The notes under the pieces were generated by a model. It had not been told where the DNA came from and searched no databases. It was given only the letters and a program-made list of their open reading frames with translations. From Myxococcales bacterium (GTDB lineage Bacteria; Myxococcota_A; Polyangia; Polyangiales; DASUME01), in the NCBI GenBank assembly GCA_047601445.1, contig JASGJH010000001.1, forward strand, positions 1,792,001-1,856,000: a stretch of DNA of 64,000 nt. The letters are read 5' to 3'. Numbering within the stretch: the first letter of the stretch is position 1; the number at the start of each line of letters is the position of its first letter. Shown in pieces: positions 30,275 to 39,724 of this stretch. The position numbers and the translations under genes were made by a program.

Positions 30275-30473
30275 TTCCTAATCGTAGCGTCTTCACACCA
30301 AGCGTTAACCAAGCCTCATCGGAATTCTACGCTGACTCACTGAAATCAGTCTACTCAGCGACGCAATCTCAACAGAAACTCACCATGCTTTGGTTCCGTG
30401 TCAAGCCCGCCAGCTTCCACAGTTGGGACCGAGGATTTCACCTCTGCATACCTCGACGCACCCATTGCTCCCC

Positions 30474-31721
30474 GTGACGTCTCGCCGAGATTGCGGGGCC
30501 AACTTGCCCCGTACCCTTGTTTGGTGGTGCTGCTGGTGCTGGATTTTCATGTCGTCGAGCGACTCCCTAGCCCAGGTCACAGAACCTGCCTGGGATGGCC
30601 TAGACGCGCTGACCACAGTGCTCACGGAGTCCCAAGTCCCCTTCAGTGCGCCGGATCACTTGGATCTCTCACGCCTCACGCCGGACGACGCGGTGCTGAT
30701 CGTGAGCCCACGTCAGAGTCTGCCCGTGCAGGGACTCACCACCTTCTTGCGAGAGGGCGGACGCGTTGCGCTGTTCGATGACGTGGGGGCCGGCGATCGG
30801 CTGCTCTCGGCATATCAAGTGTCCCGGGTCCCGGTACCCGCTGGCAGCGCCCCCGCGCTACGCGGCGATCCCTCGCTGCTCATTGCTTACCCAGCTAGCG
30901 AGCATCCCCTGGTAGCCGGGGTCTCGCTGCTGCTCACCAACCGCGCCAGCGAGCTGAGGCACCCGGACCTGCGACCGGTCTTCACTTTCGGCCGCTCCCA
31001 CCGCGCGCTCATGCTGGCCGGGGCGGTGGGCGGTGGGCGCCTCGTCGCGGTGGGCGACGGCAGCGTGCTCATCAATCAGCTGATGGCGGCCCCCTCACAC
31101 CGTCGCTTCGCCAGCAACCTGGTCTCCTACCTCGCGCGCCCAAACGGTCGCATCTGGCTGGTCGGGCCCAACACCACCTTCGAGGGCAGCTACGGGAGTC
31201 CCGCGTTGGCCCTGTCGCGCCTGGAAAACTGGCTCAAGCGACTGGCGCGTCCCGATTTTCCGCCGGCCGTGCTGTGGCTGCTCTCGGTGGCCCTGGCAGG
31301 CATCGCGCTGGTCGTCGCCGCGGGCGCCCTGCCCCGCCGTTCGCCCTACGTGAGTCCCGAGCTGTTCCCCGAGTCCGAGGTGTTTGCGGGCTTCGCTGGC
31401 CGGATCGCCGCCGTGGAACGCGAAGGGGTGAGCTTGTTGTGGCCGCTGCTCGACTATCGGCGGGAACTCGAGGCCGAGCTCACCCATCGACTGTCCTTGG
31501 GGGGTGGCTTCGAGCGCGCGGAGGCCCTGCAAAGCGCGAAGCGACGCGGACTCTCGGCGAGCGACGTGCAGGCCTTCGGGAATCTGCTGGATGAGCTCGA
31601 GTCACTAGCGGCCCAGGGCGGCGTCGGCGAGTCCAAACGGCGGATTCGGGTGAGCGAACTGAGAAACGTGGTACGCAAGGGCGAAGAGCTGCTCGCGAAG
31701 CTCGGGAACGACAAGACATGA
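30474..31721 (+). CDS. DUF4350-like membrane protein of the MoxR operon (start uncertain, 30474-30549)
   Basis: FLREGGRVAL, GGGRLVAVGDGSVLINQLM and a C-proximal TM helix; ATGA overlap with moxR. Confidence 0.75.
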   Translation: MTSRRDCGANLPRTLVWWCCWCWIFMSSSDSLAQVTEPAWDGLDALTTVLTESQVPFSAPDHLDLSRLTPDDAVLIVSPRQSLPVQGLTTFLREGGRVALFDDVGAGDRLLSAYQVSRVPVPAGSAPALRGDPSLLIAYPASEHPLVAGVSLLLTNRASELRHPDLRPVFTFGRSHRALMLAGAVGGGRLVAVGDGSVLINQLMAAPSHRRFASNLVSYLARPNGRIWLVGPNTTFEGSYGSPALALSRLENWLKRLARPDFPPAVLWLLSVALAGIALVVAAGALPRRSPYVSPELFPESEVFAGFAGRIAAVEREGVSLLWPLLDYRRELEAELTHRLSLGGGFERAEALQSAKRRGLSASDVQAFGNLLDELESLAAQGGVGESKRRIRVSELRNVVRKGEELLAKLGNDKT

Positions 31722-32689
31722 TGCAGAGGAGAATCGACGAGCGCTCTCTGGCGCTATCAGCTCAACGTGCGGCCACGGTGGTGCAAGAAGTCCAACGCGC
31801 CTATGTGGGGCCGCGCGAAGTGGCCGAACTGCTGCTCATCTGTTTGTTGGCGCGCGGGCACGTGCTGCTCGAAGGCGTACCGGGCGTGGCCAAAACCACC
31901 CTGGTCAAGGCGTTCGCCGCGACCTTGGGCTGTGCCTTTCGGCGCATCCAGTTCACGCCCGACCTGCTGCCCGCCGATATCACGGGCACCTACGTACTCT
32001 CGCCGCGGTCCGGTGAGTTCCAGCTGCGCGAGGGCCCGCTGTTCGCCAACGTGGTGCTGGGCGACGAAATTAACCGCGCGCCCGCCAAGACCCAGAGCGC
32101 CTTGCTCGAGGCGATGCAGGAATCCCAGGTCACCATCGAGGGCGACACGCGTCCCCTCCCCCAGCCCTTCATCGTGCTGGCCACCCAAAACCCAGTGGAG
32201 CAGGCGGGCACCTATCCGCTGCCGGAGGCGCAGATCGATCGCTTCCTGGTGCGCCTGTTGATCGGCTATCCCGACGCGAAGGACGAGCTCAATATCCTGC
32301 TCCGCCACATGGACCCGGTGGCGTTGCCGGCCCGCGTGCTCGAGCCGGGTGAGATCCTGGCCATGCAGGAGCTCGTGCACGGTGTGCACGTGGAGAACGA
32401 GGTACTCGAGTACGTGGTGCGCCTTTCGCAGTTCACGCGCCAGCACTCGCGCGTGTACCTGGGCGCCTCGCCGCGCGCTTCGCTGGCGCTCACGCAGGCA
32501 GCCCGCGCGCGCGCGCTCGCCAGTGGGCGTCCATTCGTGATCCCGGACGATATCAAGGCCCTCGCGGTGCCGGTGCTCGCGCATCGTCTGGTGCTCACGC
32601 CCGAGGCCGAGATGGAGGGCGTGGCCCGCGAGACCATCATCGAGAACGCGCTCGACCAGGTACCCCATCGCTGGGAAGCCGCGCGCTAA
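31718..32689 (+). CDS. moxR: MoxR-family AAA+ ATPase
   Basis: GHVLLEGVPGVAKT, RIQFTPDLLPADITG, DEINRAPAKTQSALLEAM, ATQNPVEQAGTYPLPEAQIDRF, GASPRA. Confidence 0.95.
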   Translation: MMQRRIDERSLALSAQRAATVVQEVQRAYVGPREVAELLLICLLARGHVLLEGVPGVAKTTLVKAFAATLGCAFRRIQFTPDLLPADITGTYVLSPRSGEFQLREGPLFANVVLGDEINRAPAKTQSALLEAMQESQVTIEGDTRPLPQPFIVLATQNPVEQAGTYPLPEAQIDRFLVRLLIGYPDAKDELNILLRHMDPVALPARVLEPGEILAMQELVHGVHVENEVLEYVVRLSQFTRQHSRVYLGASPRASLALTQAARARALASGRPFVIPDDIKALAVPVLAHRLVLTPEAEMEGVARETIIENALDQVPHRWEAAR

Positions 32690-34302
32690 TGCTCCCCATC
32701 CCCACGCCGCGGGCGATCGCGCTCTTCCTCGGGTGCATCGGCATGTGGACCGTGGGACTCGTGACGCGCTCCTGGGCCGCCACCGCGCTCGGCTCGGGGG
32801 CCGTGATCCTGCTCGCTGCCGTCCTGGCGGCCACGATTCCGCTGGGGCGGCGCGTGCGCGCGCAGCGCCTCGAGTTTGCCTGGTGGCTGGCCCAGCGCGA
32901 TGGCTTGAGCGGTGCCGTGGTGCCGCAGGTGCCCTTCCAGATCCGCTGCTACGTGCGACACCGCGGGACCACGCCCATCGAACTCACGCGGGTGGAGCCC
33001 ATCCTGGCGCCAAGCGCGCGTGTGCTCGACCTGAGCCCTGCGCACATCCACGTGTCCCCGCGGGCGCGCAACGAGTTCGCCTTCTCCATCATCGCCGCGG
33101 CGGCAGGACGCGTGGTGCTGCACGGATTGGCGGTGAACCTGCGCGGGCCACTGGGGCTGTTCGACGTACCGCTCTACTTTCCCAACGCGCTGGCGGTGAA
33201 GGTCTTGCCGCGTAGCGTGGCCCTGCGATCCACGGTGCGGCCGGCAATGACCGGACAACCCATCGATCGTCCCGGTCGGCATCGCATGCGACGTCGCGGC
33301 GGTGGCACCGATCTGCACGAGCTGCGTGAGTTGCAGCCAGGCGATCCCTTCAAGTCCATCGCCTGGAAGGCGAGCGCCAAGGCGGGTCAGCTGCTGGTGC
33401 GCGAGGTGGATCAGGAAGTGCAGCAGACGCTCTTGCTGGTGGCCGACGTGGCGGGCTCCATGCGCGGCGGACGGCTGGGGGAACGTAAGCTCGACTTCGC
33501 GCTCGAGCTGTGCGTGGCTCAGGCCCGAGCCTGGTTGGATCGCGGTGATCGCGTGGGCCTCATCACGGTGGACGGACGCGTGCTCGGGCACGTACCCCCC
33601 GGCGAAGGCCCCGCGCAACTCATCCGCCTCTACGACGCGTTGCTCGCCACCACCGAGGTGGTCGACTCCGACCTGACGGCGCTCGACGATCGCGCGGTCA
33701 TCGAACTGGTGGCCCGCTACGTTCGGCACCAGGACGGCCTCGACTTCGGTCATGGTCGGGGTGGCTGGGACGTGAGCTCGCTGGTGCAGCACGTGAAGGG
33801 CGCGCTGCCGGCCGCGCGCTCCGGCGAGGCTCCGCAAGCCGCCACCCAGGCCGGCGTCGAGCTACGCCGATTTTGCCGGGAACGCGGGCTGTCCTTGGCG
33901 CATCGGGCCACGCCCGCGGGAGGCGACAAGGCCGAGGGCTTGAGCGCTGCCCTGCGCTTGGCGGGCGGCCATACGCGTGTGCCCCAGACCATCGTGTTGA
34001 TCACCGACCTCGACGGACTCGTGGACTACGACGGGTTGCGTGCCGCAGCACGCTTGCTGTCGCGGCGCGGTCATTCGCTGAGCCTGCTGGTCCCCGACGC
34101 CCAAGCCCTGGCTCAGCCAGACATCCATGCAGATGCGGAACCTGAGCTGCGTGTGATCTACGGGCGGGCCGAGCAGCGTCGACTGCGCGAAGCCACCCAG
34201 CGCTTCCTCAAGCTCGGCGTGGGGGTGCAAGTGGTCAAGCCAGGCCAACCCACCCGGACGGCCGAGCCGAAGCGGTTTACGAGAGCGACGAGGAGTGCGT
34301 GA
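32689..34302 (+). CDS. DUF58 (VWA-like) membrane protein
   Basis: N-terminal TM helices; LRELQPGDPFKSIAWKASAK, DVAGSM, GDRVGL; follows moxR with TAATG coupling. Confidence 0.88.
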   Translation: MLPIPTPRAIALFLGCIGMWTVGLVTRSWAATALGSGAVILLAAVLAATIPLGRRVRAQRLEFAWWLAQRDGLSGAVVPQVPFQIRCYVRHRGTTPIELTRVEPILAPSARVLDLSPAHIHVSPRARNEFAFSIIAAAAGRVVLHGLAVNLRGPLGLFDVPLYFPNALAVKVLPRSVALRSTVRPAMTGQPIDRPGRHRMRRRGGGTDLHELRELQPGDPFKSIAWKASAKAGQLLVREVDQEVQQTLLLVADVAGSMRGGRLGERKLDFALELCVAQARAWLDRGDRVGLITVDGRVLGHVPPGEGPAQLIRLYDALLATTEVVDSDLTALDDRAVIELVARYVRHQDGLDFGHGRGGWDVSSLVQHVKGALPAARSGEAPQAATQAGVELRRFCRERGLSLAHRATPAGGDKAEGLSAALRLAGGHTRVPQTIVLITDLDGLVDYDGLRAAARLLSRRGHSLSLLVPDAQALAQPDIHADAEPELRVIYGRAEQRRLREATQRFLKLGVGVQVVKPGQPTRTAEPKRFTRATRSA

Positions 34303-35153
34303 GCGAAGTACCAGAGTGGGAAGACCCCCGGCGCGTCTTGGCGCGCCACGGACTGGCCCCCAAGCGCGGCTTTTCCCAGAATTTCCTGACAGCGCGCAGC
34401 GTCGTGGAGCGCATCGTGGACGCGCTGGCGTTGCGCCCGGGCGAGCCGGTGGTGGAGCTCGGTCCTGGCCTGGGCACGCTGACCGCGGCCCTGCTGCGTG
34501 CGGGCGCACAGGTCACCGCGGTGGACATGGACCACGACATGCTGCGCGTGCTCGGACAGGAGCTCGGCCACGTGGCGGGCTTTCGCGTACTCGAAGGGGA
34601 CGCCACCCAAGTGAACCTGGCGGAGCTCGCGGGAGGCGGCAGCATCGCGGTGGCGGGCAATCTCCCGTACGCCGTGACGGGCGGCATCTTTAGGCGTCTG
34701 GTGAGCCAGTATCGCCATGTAGACCGAGCCGTGCTGATGGTGCAGCGGGAGGTGCGCGACCGCCTCTTGGCCGAAGCTGGCACCAAGGCCTACGGAGCGC
34801 TCACGGTGTTCACGCGCGGCGTTTTCGAGGCGCGTTCGGTGTGCATCGTGCCGGGGGGCGCCTTCCACCCGCCCCCCAAGGTCGAGAGCGCGGTGGTGGC
34901 GCTGGCTCCGCGCAAGCGTGTGATTGACGTGGAGCGTCGGGGCTTCGAGCGCAGTGTGCGCGCGTCCTTCGAGGCCCGCCGCAAGACCTTGCGCAACGCG
35001 CTCCAGCGGGCCTACCCGACCGAGCTGGTAGACGCCGCCCTGGAGCGCGCGAGCATCGATGGAAAGCGCCGAGGCGAGACCTTGTCGCCCGAGGAATTCG
35101 AACAACTCGGAGCCGCTTTCGACCTGCTGAGCGGGACGGCCCAGCCGAGCTAG
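34299..35153 (+). CDS. rsmA: 16S rRNA m6,2A dimethyltransferase RsmA/KsgA
   Basis: FSQNFL, ELGPGLG, GNLPY, MVQREV, FHPPPKVES, RRKTLRNAL. Confidence 0.95.
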   Translation: MSEVPEWEDPRRVLARHGLAPKRGFSQNFLTARSVVERIVDALALRPGEPVVELGPGLGTLTAALLRAGAQVTAVDMDHDMLRVLGQELGHVAGFRVLEGDATQVNLAELAGGGSIAVAGNLPYAVTGGIFRRLVSQYRHVDRAVLMVQREVRDRLLAEAGTKAYGALTVFTRGVFEARSVCIVPGGAFHPPPKVESAVVALAPRKRVIDVERRGFERSVRASFEARRKTLRNALQRAYPTELVDAALERASIDGKRRGETLSPEEFEQLGAAFDLLSGTAQPS

Positions 35154-35206
35154 CTGGGGCTCGCCGACACACCCCCCACCTTTCCTCGGTGGGCGTCGGC
35201 CGCTCG

Positions 35207-35707
35207 TCAGTCTTGCTTGGGGCCGGAGAGCGCCGACAGCGCCGCGGCAGCCGAGCCGAGGTCTCGGGCTATGTCGGGGCGCAGCGCTTTGGCTTCCCCG
35301 AGCGCGCTCTCGAGGGCCTCTCGTGCGCGCACGAGATCGGCCTGGAGCACCTCGCGCGCCGACATTTCGCTGGGGCGCAGGTGGTCGCCGATCAGGCGGA
35401 GGGCCAGGGCGGCCTCGGGGGCCAAGTTGGGATCGCGACCGCAGGCCAGCGCCGCGAGGGCGGGGATTAACTGTTCGGGTGCAGCGGCAAACGGGGCCGC
35501 GCGCGCCGCCAGCAAAGCTCGTTCGCGGGGGGCGTCGGGCACCAGCGCCGCGCCCAAGCTCGCATCTCCAGCCTCGTCGGCCAGGCGCGCGAGGCCGGTG
35601 TCGTGGATACCGTCACTCTCACGGAAGGGGTCCGTGTTCCCGGCGCCAGCGCTGGCTGCCACGGTGCTGGCACAGAAGGCGACCAGGAATGTGCGATAGC
35701 CACGCAT
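35207..35707 (-). CDS. Hypothetical secreted helical (HEAT-like) protein
   Basis: GGAG SD; signal peptide MRGYRTFLVAFCASTVAASAGA; Ala/Leu-rich helices. Confidence 0.65.
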   Translation of the reverse strand: MRGYRTFLVAFCASTVAASAGAGNTDPFRESDGIHDTGLARLADEAGDASLGAALVPDAPRERALLAARAAPFAAAPEQLIPALAALACGRDPNLAPEAALALRLIGDHLRPSEMSAREVLQADLVRAREALESALGEAKALRPDIARDLGSAAAALSALSGPKQD

Positions 35708-35847
35708 GTGGGGCTCCAGTCTGCCGGTGCGCCGGCTATCGCGCCAGTCTGCGGAGTCGCGCAGATCGGTTGATTTGCGCAGGCTTAGGCGATAGTTACA
35801 GCGGTTGTGTCGGCCCACGTTGCCGACCCCCAAGAAAGCCGAGAAAC

Positions 35848-36714
35848 ATGGCCCTCCGCGTTGTGCGCGCCGTCCTCTCCACGCTCAGCCTCGCTCGTAC
35901 GCCGTACCTCGCCGCGCTCGCGGCGACGGTCTCGCTGTCCGCCGCGCTCCCGAACCCGGCCGCAGCCAAGAAAAAGGCGTCTCCACCGCCGGCCGAGGAG
36001 CCCGCGGGACTCTCCATCGAGGAGATCTCCGTGATGCTCTCGTCGTCCAATGCGGACGAAGTGAAGATGGCCATCGAGTCCAGCGCGATGCTCGGGAGTC
36101 CCGACGTGGCGGCGTTGCTCGGCGAGCGCATCAGGGCCGGCTTGCCACCCGATCTGCTGAACTCCGCCCTCGATGCGTTGAGTCTCCTGAATCAACCGAG
36201 CTCGAGCGAGCTGTTCGTCAGCCTCACACGCCACCGCCGGCCGAGCGTGCGCGTGCGCAGCGTGCAAGCTCTGGTGGCGCTCCACAGCAAGGACGCGGAG
36301 CCCGCGCTGGTCGCGGCGCTCGGAGACTCCGCCCCGGAAGTGCGCGAAGCGGCGGCGGAAGGACTCGGTCACCTGGGCTCCACCGGCAGCACCGACGTGC
36401 TCTTTCAGGCGTTCGATCGCGGCGTGGTGAGCGCCGGGCGCGCTATCGGCAAGCTGGTGAGCGACAACCAAGTGCCGCGCGTGCTGGAGTTCATCGGACG
36501 CGCCCCGCTCAGCAGCCTAACTCCGGTGTTCGATTCGCTGCTCACGCGACGCGACATCTCCGAAGCCACCAAACTCACGATCGTGAACAGCATCGCGGAG
36601 CTCGGCACCGCCGAGGCACGCGGTTACCTCGAAGGTCTCTCTCAAAAATTGCCCGACGCTCCGCCGCGCGTCCGTAAGACCATCGACGACGCAGTGATGA
36701 GGATCGCCAAGTGA
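35848..36714 (+). CDS. Secreted HEAT-repeat protein
   Basis: Signal peptide ending PAAA; HEAT repeats RPSVRVRSVQALVAL and DSAPEVREAAAEGLGHLG. Confidence 0.85.
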   Translation: MALRVVRAVLSTLSLARTPYLAALAATVSLSAALPNPAAAKKKASPPPAEEPAGLSIEEISVMLSSSNADEVKMAIESSAMLGSPDVAALLGERIRAGLPPDLLNSALDALSLLNQPSSSELFVSLTRHRRPSVRVRSVQALVALHSKDAEPALVAALGDSAPEVREAAAEGLGHLGSTGSTDVLFQAFDRGVVSAGRAIGKLVSDNQVPRVLEFIGRAPLSSLTPVFDSLLTRRDISEATKLTIVNSIAELGTAEARGYLEGLSQKLPDAPPRVRKTIDDAVMRIAK

Positions 36715-38856
36715 AACCCATCTTCTCATCCCTCTCGCTCCGCTCCGTTTCGCGCCTTCTCGTGGTCGCGCTGCTAGCGCTGTCTGCCTGCGCGGGCCGC
36801 GACTCCTTCGGCTCCACCTTCCCGGTGAACCATGGCGACGACCTCGAGAAGGCTCTGACCCAGGCCAAGGCAGCCGAATACCGCCCCAACCCGCAGGTCG
36901 TGGTCGGCGTCCTCGAGAATCCGCGCAGCGTGTTCGCCTACGACCTGAGCGCGCAGCGACTCTTGTTCAAGGTGCCCGCCAACGTGAGCGGAGTCCCGCT
37001 GCCGGCTGGTCCGTTCGTGGTGGTGCCCGAAGGCGGAAACGTCAACGTGCGGTTGCTGTCGTCCGGCAAGAGCATCCTCGAGATTCCCGGGGAAGGAATG
37101 CACCTGGTGGGAGCGGCCAGCGACGGCACGGTCACCGCCATCGCGCTCTCGACCGGCGGCTCCATGGGAGCGCGTTCCAAGCTGATCACGATGCAAGGCG
37201 AGCACGTCTGGGGCACGCGGGAGATTCCGCGCCAGGTCGGAGGTCCCGCGGTGCTCGGAGGCATCATCTTCGTGCCCAACAACCGGGTAAACCTCTCGGT
37301 GGCGGACTCCCACGGCAACGAGCTGGCCCGCGTGCAGGTGCGCGAAGACGTGGCCAGCCAGGCGCTCGCCTTCGACAACAACGTGTACTTCGGCCTGCTC
37401 GGCATGTACCTGGTCGACGACGAGACCAAGAAGGGCGCGAGCGGCGGAGCCCATTACTTCCGGCTCAACCTGCGCGAGCGGCTACCCGGGCAACCCGCCT
37501 TCCTCCCCAACACCGCCGATCCACCCCCTGCCCTCAACAGCGCAGTGCATCGCGTGAGTCTCAGCTTCTTGCCCGAGGCGCGCGCCGGCTCGGTCGCACT
37601 GCTCGACAACGCCCTCTACCTGGCCTTTTATCGCCAGATTTACTCCATCGATCCGAGCAGCTCGGGGGCCCACTGGGTCCACCAGACCAACAGTGACGTC
37701 GTGGGCCAGCGCTCGGTGCCGAACGGCGTGATCGCAGTGGAGGAGAACGGAAAGGTCAGCGCGCTGGACGGTACCGGAACCATCCAGTGGAGCGGGGACA
37801 TGGGCGTGCAGCCGGTGGTGGCGCGGATCCAAGCCACGGACCTGCCACGGGGTGCCGTGGGCGAGCCCCCCGCTCCGCTGACGATGCAGCTGGTGGACGC
37901 TGCTCTCAACGCCGACTCGCGGCTGGTCCCGGCGCGCGCGATGGCTGTCTCCATGCTGGCCGGGCTCCAAGACGAAGACGCCACCTCGGCCTTGATCGAA
38001 ATCTGCCAGGAACGCTCCACGCCCGAGCGTGTGCGCAAGGTTGCCTGTGTGGAGCTGGCCAAGCGCACCAACGGGTCCGCCGCCATCGCGAGCGCCCTCG
38101 ATCGCCACGCCAACTACCTGACCCAGACCAAGGCGCCGCCGGTGGGCCCCCTGGCCGAGGCGGCCATGCGCAGCGGCGATGCCCAGGTGGTGCCCTATCT
38201 GCTCGCCCATTTGTCGGACCCGCAGACCCCGGTCGACGAGCTCCCGGCACTCATGCTCGCGCTCAAGCAGCTGGCCCCGGAAGGCGCCGCTCCGCAGATC
38301 GCCGACTTCTTGCGCCTCTATCACGCCGATGCCGACGAGCCTCGGATGACGGAGGCGCTGCTGATCGCCATCGAGATCCTCAAGAAGGTGCAGGGCACGG
38401 CCGCCCAGGGCGTGCTCGAACCCATCTCAAATGACTCCATGGCGTCGGACGCGGTGCGTGCAGCGGCCGCCCAGGCACTCGCTCAACTCGCTCCCAAGGA
38501 AGCCGACGAAGGCGACGGCGCGGGGGCCAAGCCCAGCCCCAAGCCCAGCGACGAGAGCGCGGAAGAGACCTCCGAAGAGGTCGAGCAGGGCCCCCCGGAG
38601 CACCGCAACGCCGGACACGTGGAGCAGGCGCTGAGACCTGTGGCCGCCAAGCTCAGCGAGTGCGTGCGCAACCATCCCAAGCGCCCCAACAGCGCACGGC
38701 TCACCATCGTGCTCGCAGGAAGCGGCGACGTGCTCGCGGTGGAAACCCTGCCCACCGACCTCAAGGCCTGCATGCAGCCTCAGAATCCTCAGCGTGCCGT
38801 TCCCGGGCAACAAGTATGGAACGCGCGAGACCCTCAGCGTGACCATCCCGCGCTGA
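36711..38856 (+). CDS. Beta-propeller (PQQ-like) / HEAT lipoprotein with AgmX/PglI-like C-terminal domain; +1 frameshift near 38778-38785
   Basis: Lipobox LSAC, beta-rich region, then HEAT-like helices. Deleting one base at CCTCAGAATC gives ...ILSVPFPGNKYGTRETLSVTIPR* (TGA 38854-38856) and removes a ~400-bp overlap with the convergent gene. Confidence 0.8.
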
Positions 38857-38861
38857 GGGAA

Positions 38862-39572
38862 TCAGTCGTAGCGCTCCGAGTGAATGCTCGTGCGCGCATA
38901 GCCGAGCCCCTGCTTGCACACGCTGCGCACCTCCGAAACCATTCGGTTGAGCCCGCAGATGAACACGTGGGGCTTGCCGAGCGCGCTCGCCAGCTCGGGC
39001 ACGTGCTGCTGAACGTAGCCACGACGTCCGGTCCAGTCAGGACCAGGGCGCGACAGGGTGACCTCGAGAGTGATCTCGCCCGCGCGCGCGAGCTCCTCGA
39101 GCTCCGGCCGCCACAGGATGTCGGCTTCGCTCCGGCAACCAAACAGCACGGTCACCGGTGGGCGCGTAGCTGCTCGGGCTCGCTCGGCCCGCAGCATGCT
39201 TCGAAACGGCGCGAGCCCCGTACCTGTGGCCACCAGCAGCGCGGGTTCGTTCGCTAGCTCGCCGCTGCGCGTGAAGAAGCCGTGGGGACCGTCGATAGTC
39301 ACCTCGGCGCCGACCTCGGCGCGGTGCAGCACGGGCGAGAGCAACCCCTCGGGAACCAGCGTGACGGCCAGTTCGACCAGGCCATCATCGGGAGCGCTGG
39401 CAATGGAGTAGGCGCGCTTGTCGAGGCCGTTGGAGGTGGGTGCTTCGAGATTGATCCATTGACCTGCTTCGAAGTGCAGTGGCTCCCCGTGCAGCTCCAG
39501 CGCGATCCCCCTGACGGAGGGCGAGAGCTGGTCCAGCCGGGCTATTTGAGCCTTTCTACGCGAAACCGCCAT
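38862..39572 (-). CDS. FAD/NAD(P)-binding ferredoxin-reductase-type oxidoreductase
   Basis: FEAGQW, RAYSIAS, GPHG, ATGTGLAPF, FGCR, ICG, C-terminal SERY. Confidence 0.9.
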   Translation of the reverse strand: MAVSRRKAQIARLDQLSPSVRGIALELHGEPLHFEAGQWINLEAPTSNGLDKRAYSIASAPDDGLVELAVTLVPEGLLSPVLHRAEVGAEVTIDGPHGFFTRSGELANEPALLVATGTGLAPFRSMLRAERARAATRPPVTVLFGCRSEADILWRPELEELARAGEITLEVTLSRPGPDWTGRRGYVQQHVPELASALGKPHVFICGLNRMVSEVRSVCKQGLGYARTSIHSERYD

Positions 39573-39724
39573 GACCGTTGCACTATGGCGGAGCACCGTG
39601 CGCGGGTCGAGCCTGGGGTATGCTGGGCGTCGTGCCACGGACGGTCATCGAGGCGCGCGAATCCGCGCGCGAACAGCAAACGCCGCGCGGGAATGCGCGT
39701 GCACAACACTGGGTTCGTGGGCGG

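Noticed and set aside
38857..39257. C-terminal extension of ORF 36711-39257
   Set aside because: It is out-of-frame read-through after the frameshift at ~38784 and overlaps the convergent oxidoreductase.
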